From positions 2,960,860 through 3,014,922 of the forward strand of contig BFEA01000030.1 in NCBI GenBank assembly GCA_003427395.1: DNA of 54,063 bases, in the 5' to 3' direction. Of the stretch, positions 26,077 through 37,370 are shown piece after piece. A program made the position numbers and the translations under genes. This stretch comes from Chara braunii (Eukaryota; Plantae; Charophyceae). The first letter of the stretch is position 1. Each line of letters begins with the position of its first letter. The notes under the pieces were generated by a model. That model did no database searches and was not told the DNA's origin. It saw only the letters and a list, made by a program, of their open reading frames with translations.

Positions 26077-27096
26077 TTAGGATCCTGAGAAGTGCCGCCC
26101 TAACATCGTTTTAATTTTCAGGATTTGGAGGCCCAACAAGGCGTTTTGTGAGAACCACCTCAGACCCGCTTCCTTTCCTGGTTCAAATAGCACGTGCAAA
26201 TACGTGTCTGCGAGCGCGTTTTGGCCGTAGGTGACACTCTTCATTGCCATTGCCCCTGGTTGGTATGATCTGCGTAGAAACTCCCTCATTTCCGTCTGGA
26301 AGGCTTCTTCCCCCGTCGCCAGCCATAGTGGAGCATTAGGGATCCATCCCTGCAGGGTGACTCCACCATACTGTGGGTTGGGCGGGTCCGTCAGACCCAC
26401 TTCCCACCTCCCTTCCTTCTTCCGCATGGGTACAGCCATGACACCCCTTTTGGCCAAGGACTGAGGCCACTGTCCCTTTTCCAGAACATGCCTCAGCATG
26501 TCTTTTGCCAACGAGCCCTTCGTCTGGGGCCTCTGGGGGGGGTTCAGGACTTGCTGGGGTGAGGATGTGACGTCCTTTCCCACTCCGGGCCCGGTCTGTC
26601 GAGCCTGCTATTCTTCCTTTTCCTGGGCTCCTTCATCCTCCCCCCGTACCCCTTTCCCACAATCCAGTCCAGGGCTGCTCTGCAGTGGCCGGGCACTTTC
26701 TTCTTTTTCTCCAGTCCGTGTCCCTATCCTCCTACTTTCTTTTGCCTCTTCTCCATTTACAGCAGCTTCCCCCTCCTCCTCTTCCACAGGGTCCCGACCC
26801 CTTACCTCCTCCGCCCCTTTCAGGTCACCGACTCGGGACGTACTAGGGGGCTGGAACCTGGTAAGCACAATGCTCAACATCCTTCGGCAGACCTCTTCCC
26901 AACACACTCCCTCTGGGAGCCCATGATCTAGGACAACCCTAAGACTCTCACTGGCCTTTAGGAGTGGGATGAGGCCCCTGTATGTATCATCCCATAATTC
27001 ATCTGAGAGATCTGGAAACTTGATGTGCAAGTTGTCTATTATCCATTCCGACACCCTTTTTAGCCTTTTTTCTGCCGTTCCCGGCGTGCCCAGCGT
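26077..27096 (-). pseudogene. Additional upstream ORF of element A, with a tentative Nudix-like C-terminal half
   Basis: 26608-27054 and 26077-26583 are one frame split by a single TAG; motifs RGVMAVPMRKKEGRWEVGL, GEEAFQTEMREF and LRWFS. Confidence 0.45.
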
Positions 27097-27108
27097 CTAA
27101 CCCTCTCA

Positions 27109-27456
27109 AACTGAGATTTCGTTCAAACTGACATTTTTTTTTCTAAATTCACGAAATTGAGCGTATGAAAAAAAAAACTTTTTAGTGTTTTTTAGTCCCC
27201 ATGACATAGGAGCATCTGATGGTCGGGCGTGGTGACGAAGCCCGATTATCGGATGTATCACAATTTTGTTTCATTTTTTTGGACCCTCGGATGTATTTTG
27301 ACGGTCCTTTCCGTTGGGATACATTGGATGGTTAAACCACCAGTACCTGGCCCAGCTATCGGACGCGGCGCTTCCCGTATACGCGCCGCGTCGGGAGGGG
27401 TACCCACCGGCCAACGACCGGTAACCCCCAAATCACGGCGCCAAAAGAAAAAGAAA

Positions 27457-27489
<33 letters not shown>

Positions 27490-27543
27490 CGTCGACCAAA
27501 AACGAAAACTGAAAACTGAAACGGGCGCGGCAGGGGGGGGAAG

Positions 27544-27585
<42 letters not shown>

Positions 27586-27942
27586 TCAGAGTGTCTGACG
27601 CCGCNNNNNNNNNNNNNNNNNNNNNNNNNNNNNNNNNNNNNNNNNNNNNNNNNNNNNNNNNNNNNNNNNNNNNNNNNNNNNNNNNNNNNNNNNNNNNNNN
27701 NNNNNNNNNNNNNNNNNNNNNNNNNNNNNNNNNNNNNNNNNNNNNNNNNNNNNNNNNNNNNNNNNNNNNNNNNNNNNNNNNNNNNNNNNNNNNNNNNNNN
27801 NNNNNNNNNNNNNNNNNNNNNNNNNNNNNNNNNNNNNNNNNNNNNNNNNNNNNNNNNNNNNNNNNNNNNNNNNNNNNNNNNNNNNNNNNNNNNNNNNNNN
27901 NNNNNNNNNNNNNNNNNNNNNNNNNNNNNNNNNNNNNNNNNN

Positions 27943-27996
<54 letters not shown>

Positions 27997-28005
27997 CTCC
28001 GCATT

Positions 28006-28063
<58 letters not shown>

Positions 28064-28423
28064 TCCCACGAGAATGAATCTCCCTCGTTATCCAGGAAGA
28101 TTCATTCTCGTTGGGCTTGTCTGATTTTCTTTCGTTTTTTTTTTCCTCTTTTTTTTGCAGAATGTTGTACGTTTTGTTGTTTTTTTCTTTTTTTTCTTTT
28201 TCGGTTGTGTACTACCGGTTGTCCGAGGCTCGGCAATAAAGTCCGAGGCTCGGGGATGATCGGGCTACCGGTAGTCCGAGCCTCGGACTTGATAGCTGAG
28301 CGAGGTACTGGTGGTTTAAGAAAGTGAGATAACCACTGTCTTGCCCAATGAGCAATGAAATTTTGCCTTAGTCCACTTTCGTGAATTTAGGAAAAACATG
28401 TCAGTTTTAACAAAATGTAAGTT
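27109..28423. mobile_element. MITE with AAC...GTT termini and a 4-bp TSD (CTCA); hosts a TTAA MITE
   Basis: About 48-bp imperfect TIRs at 27109-27157 and 28377-28423; CTCA at 27105-27108 and 28424-28427. Confidence 0.7.
27336..28315. mobile_element. TTAA-flanked non-autonomous DNA transposon (piggyBac-like MITE)
   Basis: TTAA at 27332-27335 and 28316-28319; 25-bp TIR matching 23/25 (ACCACCAGTACCT...); subterminal GTCCGAGGCTCGG repeats. Confidence 0.8.
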
Positions 28424-28427
28424 CTCA

Positions 28428-28800
28428 ACAATCTTACCTACGAGCCCCTTCCCTGGCCCAGACCAAGAAATGTGCATGACTGTTCTCACTTTCCGCAAAC
28501 GACCAGAGCATTGGCCGGGCTATTACAAGCTCAATACCTCCCTGTTGCAGCTGCACTCCTTCCAGCAGTACCTCCGGCAGGCATGGGACTTTTGGAAGAA
28601 ACGACGACCGGGAACTGGACTCACATATCACATGGTTTAATATTGGCCTGTTTTTTTTTAACCAGGAAATGCACGAGTTCGCAAAGAACCTGGCGGCACA
28701 GGGAGACCAAGAACAGATTCAAGTCATGAACCAACCAGCTTGTTGCAATGGAACAGCCAGAGCCTTCGTATGAACAGAATCCCTCAGAGGGTCCTACTCG
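28428..28800 (+). pseudogene. L1/Tx1 ORF2 fragment (end of endonuclease and linker)
   Basis: PGYYKLNTSLL...FQQYLRQAWDFWK, resembling the post-endonuclease GxWKLNxxLL motif. Confidence 0.7.
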
Positions 28801-28834
28801 AATACACGACCTGAAAGAACAGCTCTTAAAATTT

Positions 28835-29008
28835 CTGTGTTACAAGATGTATCAACGGGACGCTGGACCCGGTTTCCAGCAGGTCCCACTACCCACCAAT
28901 AGATGGAGCAGCCCAACAGACAAGCCGTTCAATTCTGGCGGTTCTCGTACCGCCACCGGGATAGAGGGCTGGCACAAGGGGTATTTCACAAAAAGAAAGA
29001 AGAAGAAA
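28835..29008 (+). mobile_element. LINE 3'-end retrocopy (core, hairpin variant B, A-rich tail)
   Basis: Core at 28857-28909; homologous to 35320-35500. Confidence 0.75.
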
Positions 29009-29895
29009 TAACTGCGCCTGTGACCGCTGCACAGTTCAGAATTCGCAGAAATAACAGTTCACCGCAAGCTTGGGCGAAGAAAAGCAGTAAATCATGTGTT
29101 CGACGGCCTACCGGTTCAATAATTGGCAAAAACGGGAGGTGGCGGTAGTGGTACCGCTCTTTTCCCCGTGGCCTGGCCTGGGAGCAGTTACCGGTAGCAG
29201 GCCCTCCCGTTTTTGGCTCGTTTCCCCAGGGATGTGGCCTACACATCTCAGCCGTGCCCCAGCCACGGGCGTGGCCTAGACATCTAGGCCGTGGCCCAGC
29301 CATGGGCGCGGCCAAGACATCTCCCCCATGGCCCAGCCACGGGTCTGGCCTAGACAGCTCGGTCGTGGCATAAGCAGGCGCGGGAAAAAGAAAAAAGAAA
29401 AAAAAGCCGCAGGTGCGAAAAAAAAAGAAAAACAACTCACAGGTGCAGAAAAAAAAAAAAAAAGTCGCAGGCGTGCGCAAAAAAACAAAACAAAACACAA
29501 GTGGCCGCCCGATTTCGCCACTTCCGAACTTCCAACGGCTAGAAGTGCACAAATCTACTCAGAAGGGAGCAACGAATATGACAACCTCCGGAGATGCTTT
29601 CACTCGAGAACAGAGTGACTCAAGGGCTATTATTATGCATCTCATAAGTTCTGGCTTCGGGCTCCTGTCGCATCCGTGACCACATAACAGCGCAGATATG
29701 ATTAAGATTAAGACTGGGGTACCTCTTCACAGGCGGTATGGGAGATCAGAAGGAAAGTCAAAGCAGCCACCACGAGGTCCCACCACAAGGTCCTGCATCA
29801 GATCACCCCAGCCACACCTGCAACACAAGTACCACACACACTAGGCTACTGTCTGCCTACCTGTTGAGAGTGTCTCCTGAAACCTGAGTTTACTG

Positions 29896-30494
29896 TTTTT
29901 TTCACCCGGGTGGATACTAGGGGAGCTGGTAGGAGCAGACACCACTAGTACCGCCAGGGGGACTCCATCTATTGGTGGGGAGCGGCACCTGCTGGAAATC
30001 GGGTCCAGCGTCCCAGAACGTTGTAGTTGTTTATGTGAATCAGAGATGCAGTTGTACTGGTAGCAAACTGTCAGAACCACCTACTGGAATTTGTCAGGTA
30101 GAACTACACAGCTGTCTGGGCCGTTTGTCTACGTGACCTCCTATGGCGAGTGATGATACGTACCAATGTTTGGATTACAGCTAGACTAACAGACATACAT
30201 TTGTAACTGACAAGAAGCTACCGGACTCATCTGCCGGGATTGAGTTTTAGCAAGTAAACCAACACAACAGACTATGTTACATGCCTACATGACAGCCTAT
30301 TTTGAGTGATGGTATACACAGGTCTCCTGCCTATTGCCCGGAGGATTGACGACCGATTATAAATATTAATCTGCTACCCCCCATTCATGTCCTCCACATC
30401 CCGGCGGTGGTAGGAGAACCGCCAGAATTGAGAGCTCGGCCAGTGGGCTACTCCATCTATTGGTGGGGAGCGGCACCTGCAGAAAACCAGGTCC
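29896..30494 (-). mobile_element. LINE 3' UTR fragments (cores at 29962-30014 and 30449-30494)
   Basis: Core motif on the minus strand; 30280-30400 resembles 46060-46180. Confidence 0.65.
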
Positions 30495-31097
30495 ATTAGT
30501 CATTTAACCAGAGAGCCATTTCCACTGAGCTGCAAGCCAAACCCTACCCAAACTTGAACTCTACTTGTTGAAACTGATGTAGTCCCGTCCACAGCCCTTC
30601 ATGGAAGAGTCTCTTGGAGTGTGTGGGGGATATACTTCTTCAGGCTTGAGTCTGCCTTAAATTAGACTAGCACAAATGGTCATGCACTTGGTAGCATCAT
30701 GCTCCTGTACCTCGAAAAATTCGTCCACTTCCCTCCGGCTCACTCAATCCCTGAAAATTGGGATATGAGCTAGGACACCAGCTTCAGTCATGTTGGTTTA
30801 CCTCCATATTGGAATTTTATCAGTCTCCGTCCCAGCAGCGTTTAAACCGTGGACCCTTAGGGTTTCCAAGATATGGCCCTTCTCTTTAGGGCTTTTTTAT
30901 TATTATTATTATTTTTTTTTATCTTAAGAACGCACCCCCTGCAGTGCTAGTGGTGCTGACAAGACCAGACACCACTAGCACCCGGGGAGAGGCTCCATCT
31001 ATTGGTGGGGACCATCACCTGCTGGAAAACGGGTCCAGCGTCCCACAGAATGAATTACAGAATGAATACAGGCTGGATCAAGAGATGTTGACTGCGA

Positions 31098-31133
31098 GGT
31101 GCCTGCTCTTATCAGCACCCCTAGCAACCGGGC

Positions 31134-31167
<34 letters not shown>

Positions 31168-31194
31168 AAGAAAAAAGAAAAAGAAAAAAAGAAA
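31098..31194 (+). mobile_element. Mini retrocopy of the LINE terminal hairpin with an 18-bp TSD
   Basis: TSD AAGAGATGTTGACTGCGA at 31080-31097 and 31195-31212. Confidence 0.8.
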
Positions 31195-31874
31195 AAGAGA
31201 TGTTGACTGCGAATCCTGCCAGCATTGATTACTCCGGCATCCAGAGGATTGACTGTGCAGGATGTTAAGGAAGGGGAGACAACCTCTTCGCCCTAGTACC
31301 AGGCGCCAGATATCAACTGCTTAAGAAACTATTTCCTCCCAAAATCTACCCGTTTTCTTTGAGATCATGAAATTACCTGCCAGCATTAATTGCCCTGGGA
31401 TCCCCAGGGGATTAACTCTGCAGGAGTGAGCGGGTCTCTGACAAACCATGATTAACTAGCTCTCCCTTGCATGCTAGAGTACCTAGCTTCCAGCAGTGTC
31501 TTCAGTGGACCGGCCTGATGTACGAGGGTGGCGGGGAGGCGGGTTCTGCACCCAGGAGGCGGCTGGGGCAGACTGCCAGTTCCTCCCTATACCCTTATGC
31601 ATCATAATCAGTCCACTAAACTCTTCTACAGGGCTTATCACAATTGAGATTGTAACACTCCTGTAACCATTGATCATTGTCTTCATGCCGGCCGACCTCT
31701 ATTCCTCCGTGGTCGTTGCTGCGCCTTACGTGGTATGAAGTCCCATAGAGTCCCATTCCCATTGTGCGCAGCGAGCGGTCGGGAAAGTGTGGGGTGGGGT
31801 ACCGGGGGGGCCAGGTGGGATAGAGGGAGAGGGAGAGAGGAGGGGAGGAGGGCGGTCTCAGGCACATTGGGCAT

Positions 31875-32200
31875 AAATAACATTTCGTCAAAATGGACAT
31901 CTTTTATTTTTTGAACGAAATTGAAACCGAGTTTTTTGGCTGAAAGCTCGTCAAAATTTGTTGTTCCTGAGGGTCCAGCGTTTGTAAACACTGGACCCCC
32001 TGGCTGTACGTGGACTTAGCTTGAGACCAGGTACCTCCAGGCAGTCCTGCCTGGAGGTGCCTGGTCTCAGGCTAGGTCCATGTACAGGCAGGGGGTCTGG
32101 ACCCTCAGGAACAGCAAATTTTGACGAGTTTTCGGCCAAAAAACTCTGTTTCAATTTCATTTAAAAAATAAAAAATGTCCATTTTGACGAAATGGTCGTT
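31875..32200. mobile_element. Foldback MITE inserted in the L1 3' UTR (TSD GCAT)
   Basis: About 100-bp TIRs (31881-31978 and 32097-32194) plus an internal palindrome at about 32005-32085. Confidence 0.85.
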
Positions 32201-32286
32201 GCATAAGCGGTGCGGCAGGGAGACAGAGGTGGTTGTTATGGCAGTGAAGCAGGTGGCACGGGAGATGGGAGGAGGACAAAGTTGGG

Positions 32287-34915
32287 CTACAGAACTTGGA
32301 AGTCTGAGAAGGGTCTCCTTCGCCATCTGGGTTCCGTGGAGCTCCATGGTTTCCATGTGATATTCGAAGAGGAGTCCAGCTTGAAGAATACTTTGTTGGG
32401 ATCTTGCCAGATCTGTACGTATGAATCTCGGATTGCTTGCCTAAGGAGGGGATCTTTCTCCTCTAGCAGGTCCCGTTTCATCAACTTCCATGCTTCCCGG
32501 GTCGTGGCCCTAATCTGTTCTTCAATGGCTTGTTGTGCCTGCTGTAAACCGAATTGGTGCTCATTCCTTTAAAAGGAACAACGGGCTCTCCATGCCAGCA
32601 TGAGGATGAACAGCCGAGTGTACGAGAACAAGTTGGTTGCAAATGGAGACCAGTGGGCCTGCAGATGGCAGTTGTCACCGAGGAGTACAAGGCCAAGGTC
32701 CCAGGTGATGTGGTGGCCTGTGAGGGAATGGAAAGCGGAGTCCCACCACTGCCACAATTGGGTGACCATGGGGCATGCCAACAGGCAGTGTTCAAGGGTC
32801 GAACGGGCCGGCATCTGAGTCCTCGAGCAATATCTACAGATGAGAGACAACTCGCCTTCCTGTTCGAGATCTGTTCTAGAGACAAGCCAGTCGGGAGTGG
32901 GAAGGCATCGGTGCAGGATCTGATACTGCAAAGGCCTGTGGTTTGTTAGCATGATCTTCGCAAATTTAGACCAGATGAAAAATTGTGACGGGTTTGGTTC
33001 CAGCGGCGAGTCCCGCGCCCATCTGTTCGCTAATGTGTTGTTGATTTCCTGGTATTGACTTGATGCTCTGTATCCCCCTTTGACTGTATAATCCCATATG
33101 TGCATAGGCCGGGGGCCAGGCCACGCCCACTCGGCCGGGTCAAAGGGGGGTCTGGCAACTGGTGTTGATGGTTGAAATATGTGGAGGCCATTTTGTGGAT
33201 CTCCTACCACCCTGACTTGCATCAGACCTGCCCAGTCGTGTGTTGTGTCTAGGTCTTCATTCTTTGTCAGTTTGGAGAAGCGGACAACTGGGGCTTGTAT
33301 GCTTCCAGGTCATAAACCTCGTTTATCTTATTCATGACTTTGAAGACAACCAAGGGGCGGGGGAGATCTGCGTACCTAACCACCCAGTCGTTTTTTTCCA
33401 CTGTCGGGACCTTCTGTAGGGTGAGGCGCCAAGCAAACGGGAGGGCCTCTTTTAGCAGACCCACTTTTTCTTCAATATGTTTTGTATGTGTGAGTTTGTT
33501 GCGCAGTTAGGTGGGGGTTGCCCAATCCCCACTAACCGGGTACCACAGGTCCCCTACTGTAAAGACGCCCTTCTTGGCCCAAGTGAGCGATGGAGAGTTC
33601 GTAGTCAAGGTAAAGGGGTCGCCTGTTTCTTGGAGGATATGCGGGTTGCCAAAGAGAGGTTGCCTCCATATGTCATGCCAACTATTAGGGGGGCGTTTCT
33701 GTTGTGGCCCTCTTCGCCTTCAGAGCTTGAGCATGTTGGGCCAAAGTGGATCCATCGTCATGTCCAGCTTTGTAGCATTTACCGGGTTCACTGGCTGAGT
33801 TTGTTTTGGGGGCAACGGAACAGACCAGTGGCTGTTTATCAACCACTGGAGAGGGTGCACCAATTCTGGTACCTGCGTTTGCAAGGCTAGACTGGCTATT
33901 TGCTTACATGCCAATTGTTCCCATGGGATGTCATTTCCTATTAGGAGCTTGACTAGGACCTTAAAAATGAGCGCCTCACTTTCTCTCTCAGGGTCCAAGA
34001 TCCCCAACCCCCCTTTAGACCTATGCTGTATGAGCACCTCCCATTTCACCCTGTTTAGACAAAGCTGAGGTTTTGCACTGTTTTTCCAAAGGTATGTTGT
34101 AAGCGCTTTCTTCAGTCTGGCGTGTTGTCGTTTGTTCATCGGTCATACTGCCAATTTGTACCAGATGGCCGCCAGGATGACACTGTTGATGGCCAACGCA
34201 CGTCCCACCAGTGAGGTGTGCAGACCCTCCCGTTTGGCCAATCGGTCCACGGCCACATCGACCAGCACATCGCCGTGGTCCTCGGGGGGGGCCACCGCAG
34301 TCAGTCTCACACCCAAAATCCGGATGGCTTCTTCTTTACGGGCCCATGCAACCTTCGGTTCAGGGGGGGGCGGCTCTCCTTGGGGGTGGAGCCACCAACC
34401 CTCTGTCTCGGAACCCCAGTTAACCTTCATGTCAGTGGCTAGTGAGAAGAGGTGTATGGCCTGGGTGCGGGCTTAGAGGCTGGACGAATCCGCTCGCATA
34501 AGTACGGTAAGGTCATCTGCAAAGAGCGAGGTCGTGGGTATGAGGTGTTGGGGTATATCTGGAATAGGCACTTTGCTGATTTGAGGGTGGGCGCGAATCA
34601 TGGATGCCAGGACCTCCATGACTATGACAAACAACAGCGGTGCAATGGGGTCTCCTTGGCGGACTGACCTCTGAAGGTGAATTGGTGGAGAAAGGTGACT
34701 ATTGAGGATTATGTTAGTCGTAGCCGATCTATGCAGCCGGTTCACCCATTGACAAAAGACCGGACCAAAGTTCATCCTGGCTAAGCACATGTCGAGGAAA
34801 TCCCAATCAACATGATCATACGCCTTCTCAAAGTCAATGAAGAGGATCGCCGCCTGGGCTTTCTTCTGACGGGTGTACTTGATAGTCTCGTTGACCAGAA
34901 GGATATTGTCTTGGA
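32287..34915 (-). pseudogene. L1 ORF2 (RT and zf-RVT), disrupted
   Basis: DFEKAYDHVDWDFL, SVRQGDPIAPLLF, LFADD, IRILGV, RSKGGLGI, CRYC...EHCLLAC, AWRARC. Confidence 0.95.
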
Positions 34916-34973
34916 TACCAGAAGGATATTGTCATTCACCTTACGTTGTCCAATAGGCAAGTAATTAGGCTAC

Positions 34974-35023
34974 GTGCTGCTCCCCACATATAGATTGGAG
35001 CTTTGTTTGAAAAAAAAAAAAAA
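34974..35023 (+). mobile_element. Mini retrocopy consisting of the pseudoknot and poly(A)
   Basis: TSD AGGCTAC at 34967-34973 and 35024-35030. Confidence 0.65.
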
Positions 35024-35319
35024 AGGCTACAACAGCAGATCTACCTGCCAAATCTCACTCTTGGAAGGCGAGCCCTGCAGTTTGCACCTCAGGCTTCAAG
35101 GTTCATGAAGGTCATGTGCATGAGGTTGAAGAGGGTATAGGGTTTTAGGCATTCAGATGGGCCACACATACTACAGGGGGGGTGCTGAACAGGGCTGGGC
35201 AAATACATAAAGGGGCTCCAAGAGGGGAAGGGTGTCACTAGCAGCTCCATGGGACAACAGAGACCCGGGTCTGAGAAGAGATAACCCCACAGCCCCAGGA
35301 AAATAATAAACAGCAATCT

Positions 35320-35500
35320 CTGTGTTATAAGATGTATCAATGGGACGCTGGACCCGGTTTCCAGCAGGTGCCGCTCCCCACCAATAGATGGAGCAGCCCG
35401 ACAGAGAAACCCTCAATCCTGACGGTTCTCTTACCGCCGCCGGGATAGAGGGTTTACACAAGGGCTATTCCTAAAAAAACAAAACAAAACAAAACAAAAA
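35320..35500 (+). mobile_element. LINE 3' end (core, hairpin variant B, A-rich tail)
   Basis: Core at 35342-35394; (AAAAC)n tail. Confidence 0.8.
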
Positions 35501-35945
35501 GAACAGTTCTGTTTTTGCAGTTTCTAACTGCCCTCACTCTGCCCAGAACCGCAGTGCCCTGTTTGTTATTCGTTCCTGCCAATTCTGAACTGTGCACCCG
35601 CCACCCACGCAGTTATTTCAAAAAACAAAGAACAGGTCTTAAAGCATGCTCAATATTGTTGGCATGGCAGACACATACGAGGGACACTGCTCAGACGCAC
35701 AACAGAAGAGGTAATGGACGCCTGCTTCGTCAATATCATACGAACCAGAGCCAAATGCATTACGACTTCGCGATTAAAGGCTTGCACGATCCCGGAATCT
35801 GATGAGGCATCACCAGCACTAACAACAAACGGCCAGATGTGACAAGATAGTGCAGTACTTTTTCAAAGACCTTTTCGCATCATACATTGCACCGACAACA
35901 GAAGGCACACCTGGCAACGAAAAATTGAGAATTTGGACTTGCCCT

Positions 35946-36036
35946 TAGGCAATTACTGACTTATCCTCAACAATTTTGCTCCGGCTTGGACCACTTGCCT
36001 GAGCAAAATTGCTGAGGATACGTTAGCAATGGCCTA
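35946..36036. repeat. Inverted repeat with about 36-bp arms
   Basis: TAGGCAATTACTGACTTATCCTCAACAATTTTGCTC pairs with GAGCAAAATTGCTGAGGATACGTTAGCAATGGCCTA. Confidence 0.8.
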
Positions 36037-36134
36037 CCTTGCCGAGCTTGGCGATCGGTTACCCTGGCAAGAGTTCACAAAGCACAACTACGCAGCTCGC
36101 ACTGGTGCACCTGTTTCGAAGGAGTGAGGGGTTC

Positions 36135-36385
36135 GTGGGCCATTGCCTGGTACCCTACTGTACTCTGTTTGCTACGCTGCAATGGCCTACCGTACGCAAT
36201 CTGCTACCTAGGCGCGGGGGTTTGGTGGGCCATTGCCTGGTACCAGGTAGAGCGTAGTACTAGACTGAGTCTGGTAAGCTGTCTCGAAGGCGTGGGGCTT
36301 TAGCGGGCCATTGCCTGGTACCAGGTGCAGCTTACCAGACTGTGTATGGTAGGGCATGAAGGTACCAGGCAAAATGGCCCACCAA
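36135..36385. repeat. Clustered GG(G)CCATTGCCTGGTACC motifs (three direct, one inverted)
   Basis: Copies near 36137, 36227, 36305 and inverted near 36361; resembles transposon subterminal repeats. Confidence 0.6.
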
Positions 36386-37114
36386 CCACCCACGCTTTCA
36401 AAACGGGCGCATCGATGCGCGCTGCCTAGTGTCTGCGTTGTGAACGCGCACCAGAACAACCCCTTTTTCCACCCAGATGCATAATCCAAAACTGAGTGGG
36501 AGGACAACTTCACTCGAAACTCGAGTGTGCAGGATCCAGTTTGGCGGCGCTGCGTTACGGACCGCTCGCACCTTAGTCCCCCGCTGGGGACTGGCTGGCA
36601 CGGCCCAGCCTGCTCTTCACGCGACATGTCAGGGCGGTTCCTTCGTGAACTGAAGTGGCCTCTGAACTGACTGGTTGCACGCCACATGGCGTGTTATCGA
36701 TGGACTTCTTTGGAGGGCGAGGTCAGTACGGAGGGGAGTTACTAGGAGTGCGTAGGGTTGAGTGAAGTGAGGTGAAACACACGTAGGGGTGAGAACCGAG
36801 TGGTGGTTGGTGATGGTGCGTTCGCGGGAACTAGGAGCTCATGCGTGGCTTGCTACTGTTCAAGTGAGCAGTGCGTGTGTAAGCCAGGTGGTGGCGAAAC
36901 TGAGATCGGCTGCTGCTGAAAGGATAGTACCGTCAATCTCGTGGATCCACAGTATGCGGCAGTGTTTGCTGGAGGTCACATGGGGGCTGGAGGAGGGGCC
37001 GCCCCACCACCTGGATGTTATTTCAGGCTCTCCACGACTGGACGACTTGATGCAGCAATACTACGACGAGCTTGAGGAGGGGCAAGGTCTTTGCGCTACG
37101 CTGGAGGCCCTCTG

Positions 37115-37335
37115 CTATGATGACGATGATGACGACGACATCACGGAAGACGCCAACAACATCAAACCCAACATCGACTGCAAAGACAACGACAATCTCA
37201 CCTATATCGCCGTCAATCTCAACAACAACAACACCAATGACAAAAGCAACAACAACAACGACGACAACAATGATTGTGGTGATAACAACAACGACAACAT
37301 CAGCAACAACATCAGCAACAACATCAGCAACGACG

Positions 37336-37370
<35 letters not shown>

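Larger units (their letters stand above)
3217..27104 (-). mobile_element. Ty3/Gypsy LTR retrotransposon A, decayed and 5'-truncated; 3' LTR interrupted by element B
   Basis: Domain order gag-CCHC-PR-RT-RH-IN on the minus strand; G10 PPT at 18098-18107; LTR start TGTCG at 18093 and probable end CGACA at 3217. Confidence 0.75.
30894..34933 (-). mobile_element. 5'-truncated L1/Tx1-clade LINE
   Basis: RT, zinc finger, about 1.3-kb 3' UTR, core at 30992-31044, A-rich tail at 30894-30920. Confidence 0.9.

Noticed and set aside
27195-27260. Possible PBS and 5' LTR of element A
   Set aside because: No clear tRNA complement, and the region lies inside the MITE at 27109-28423
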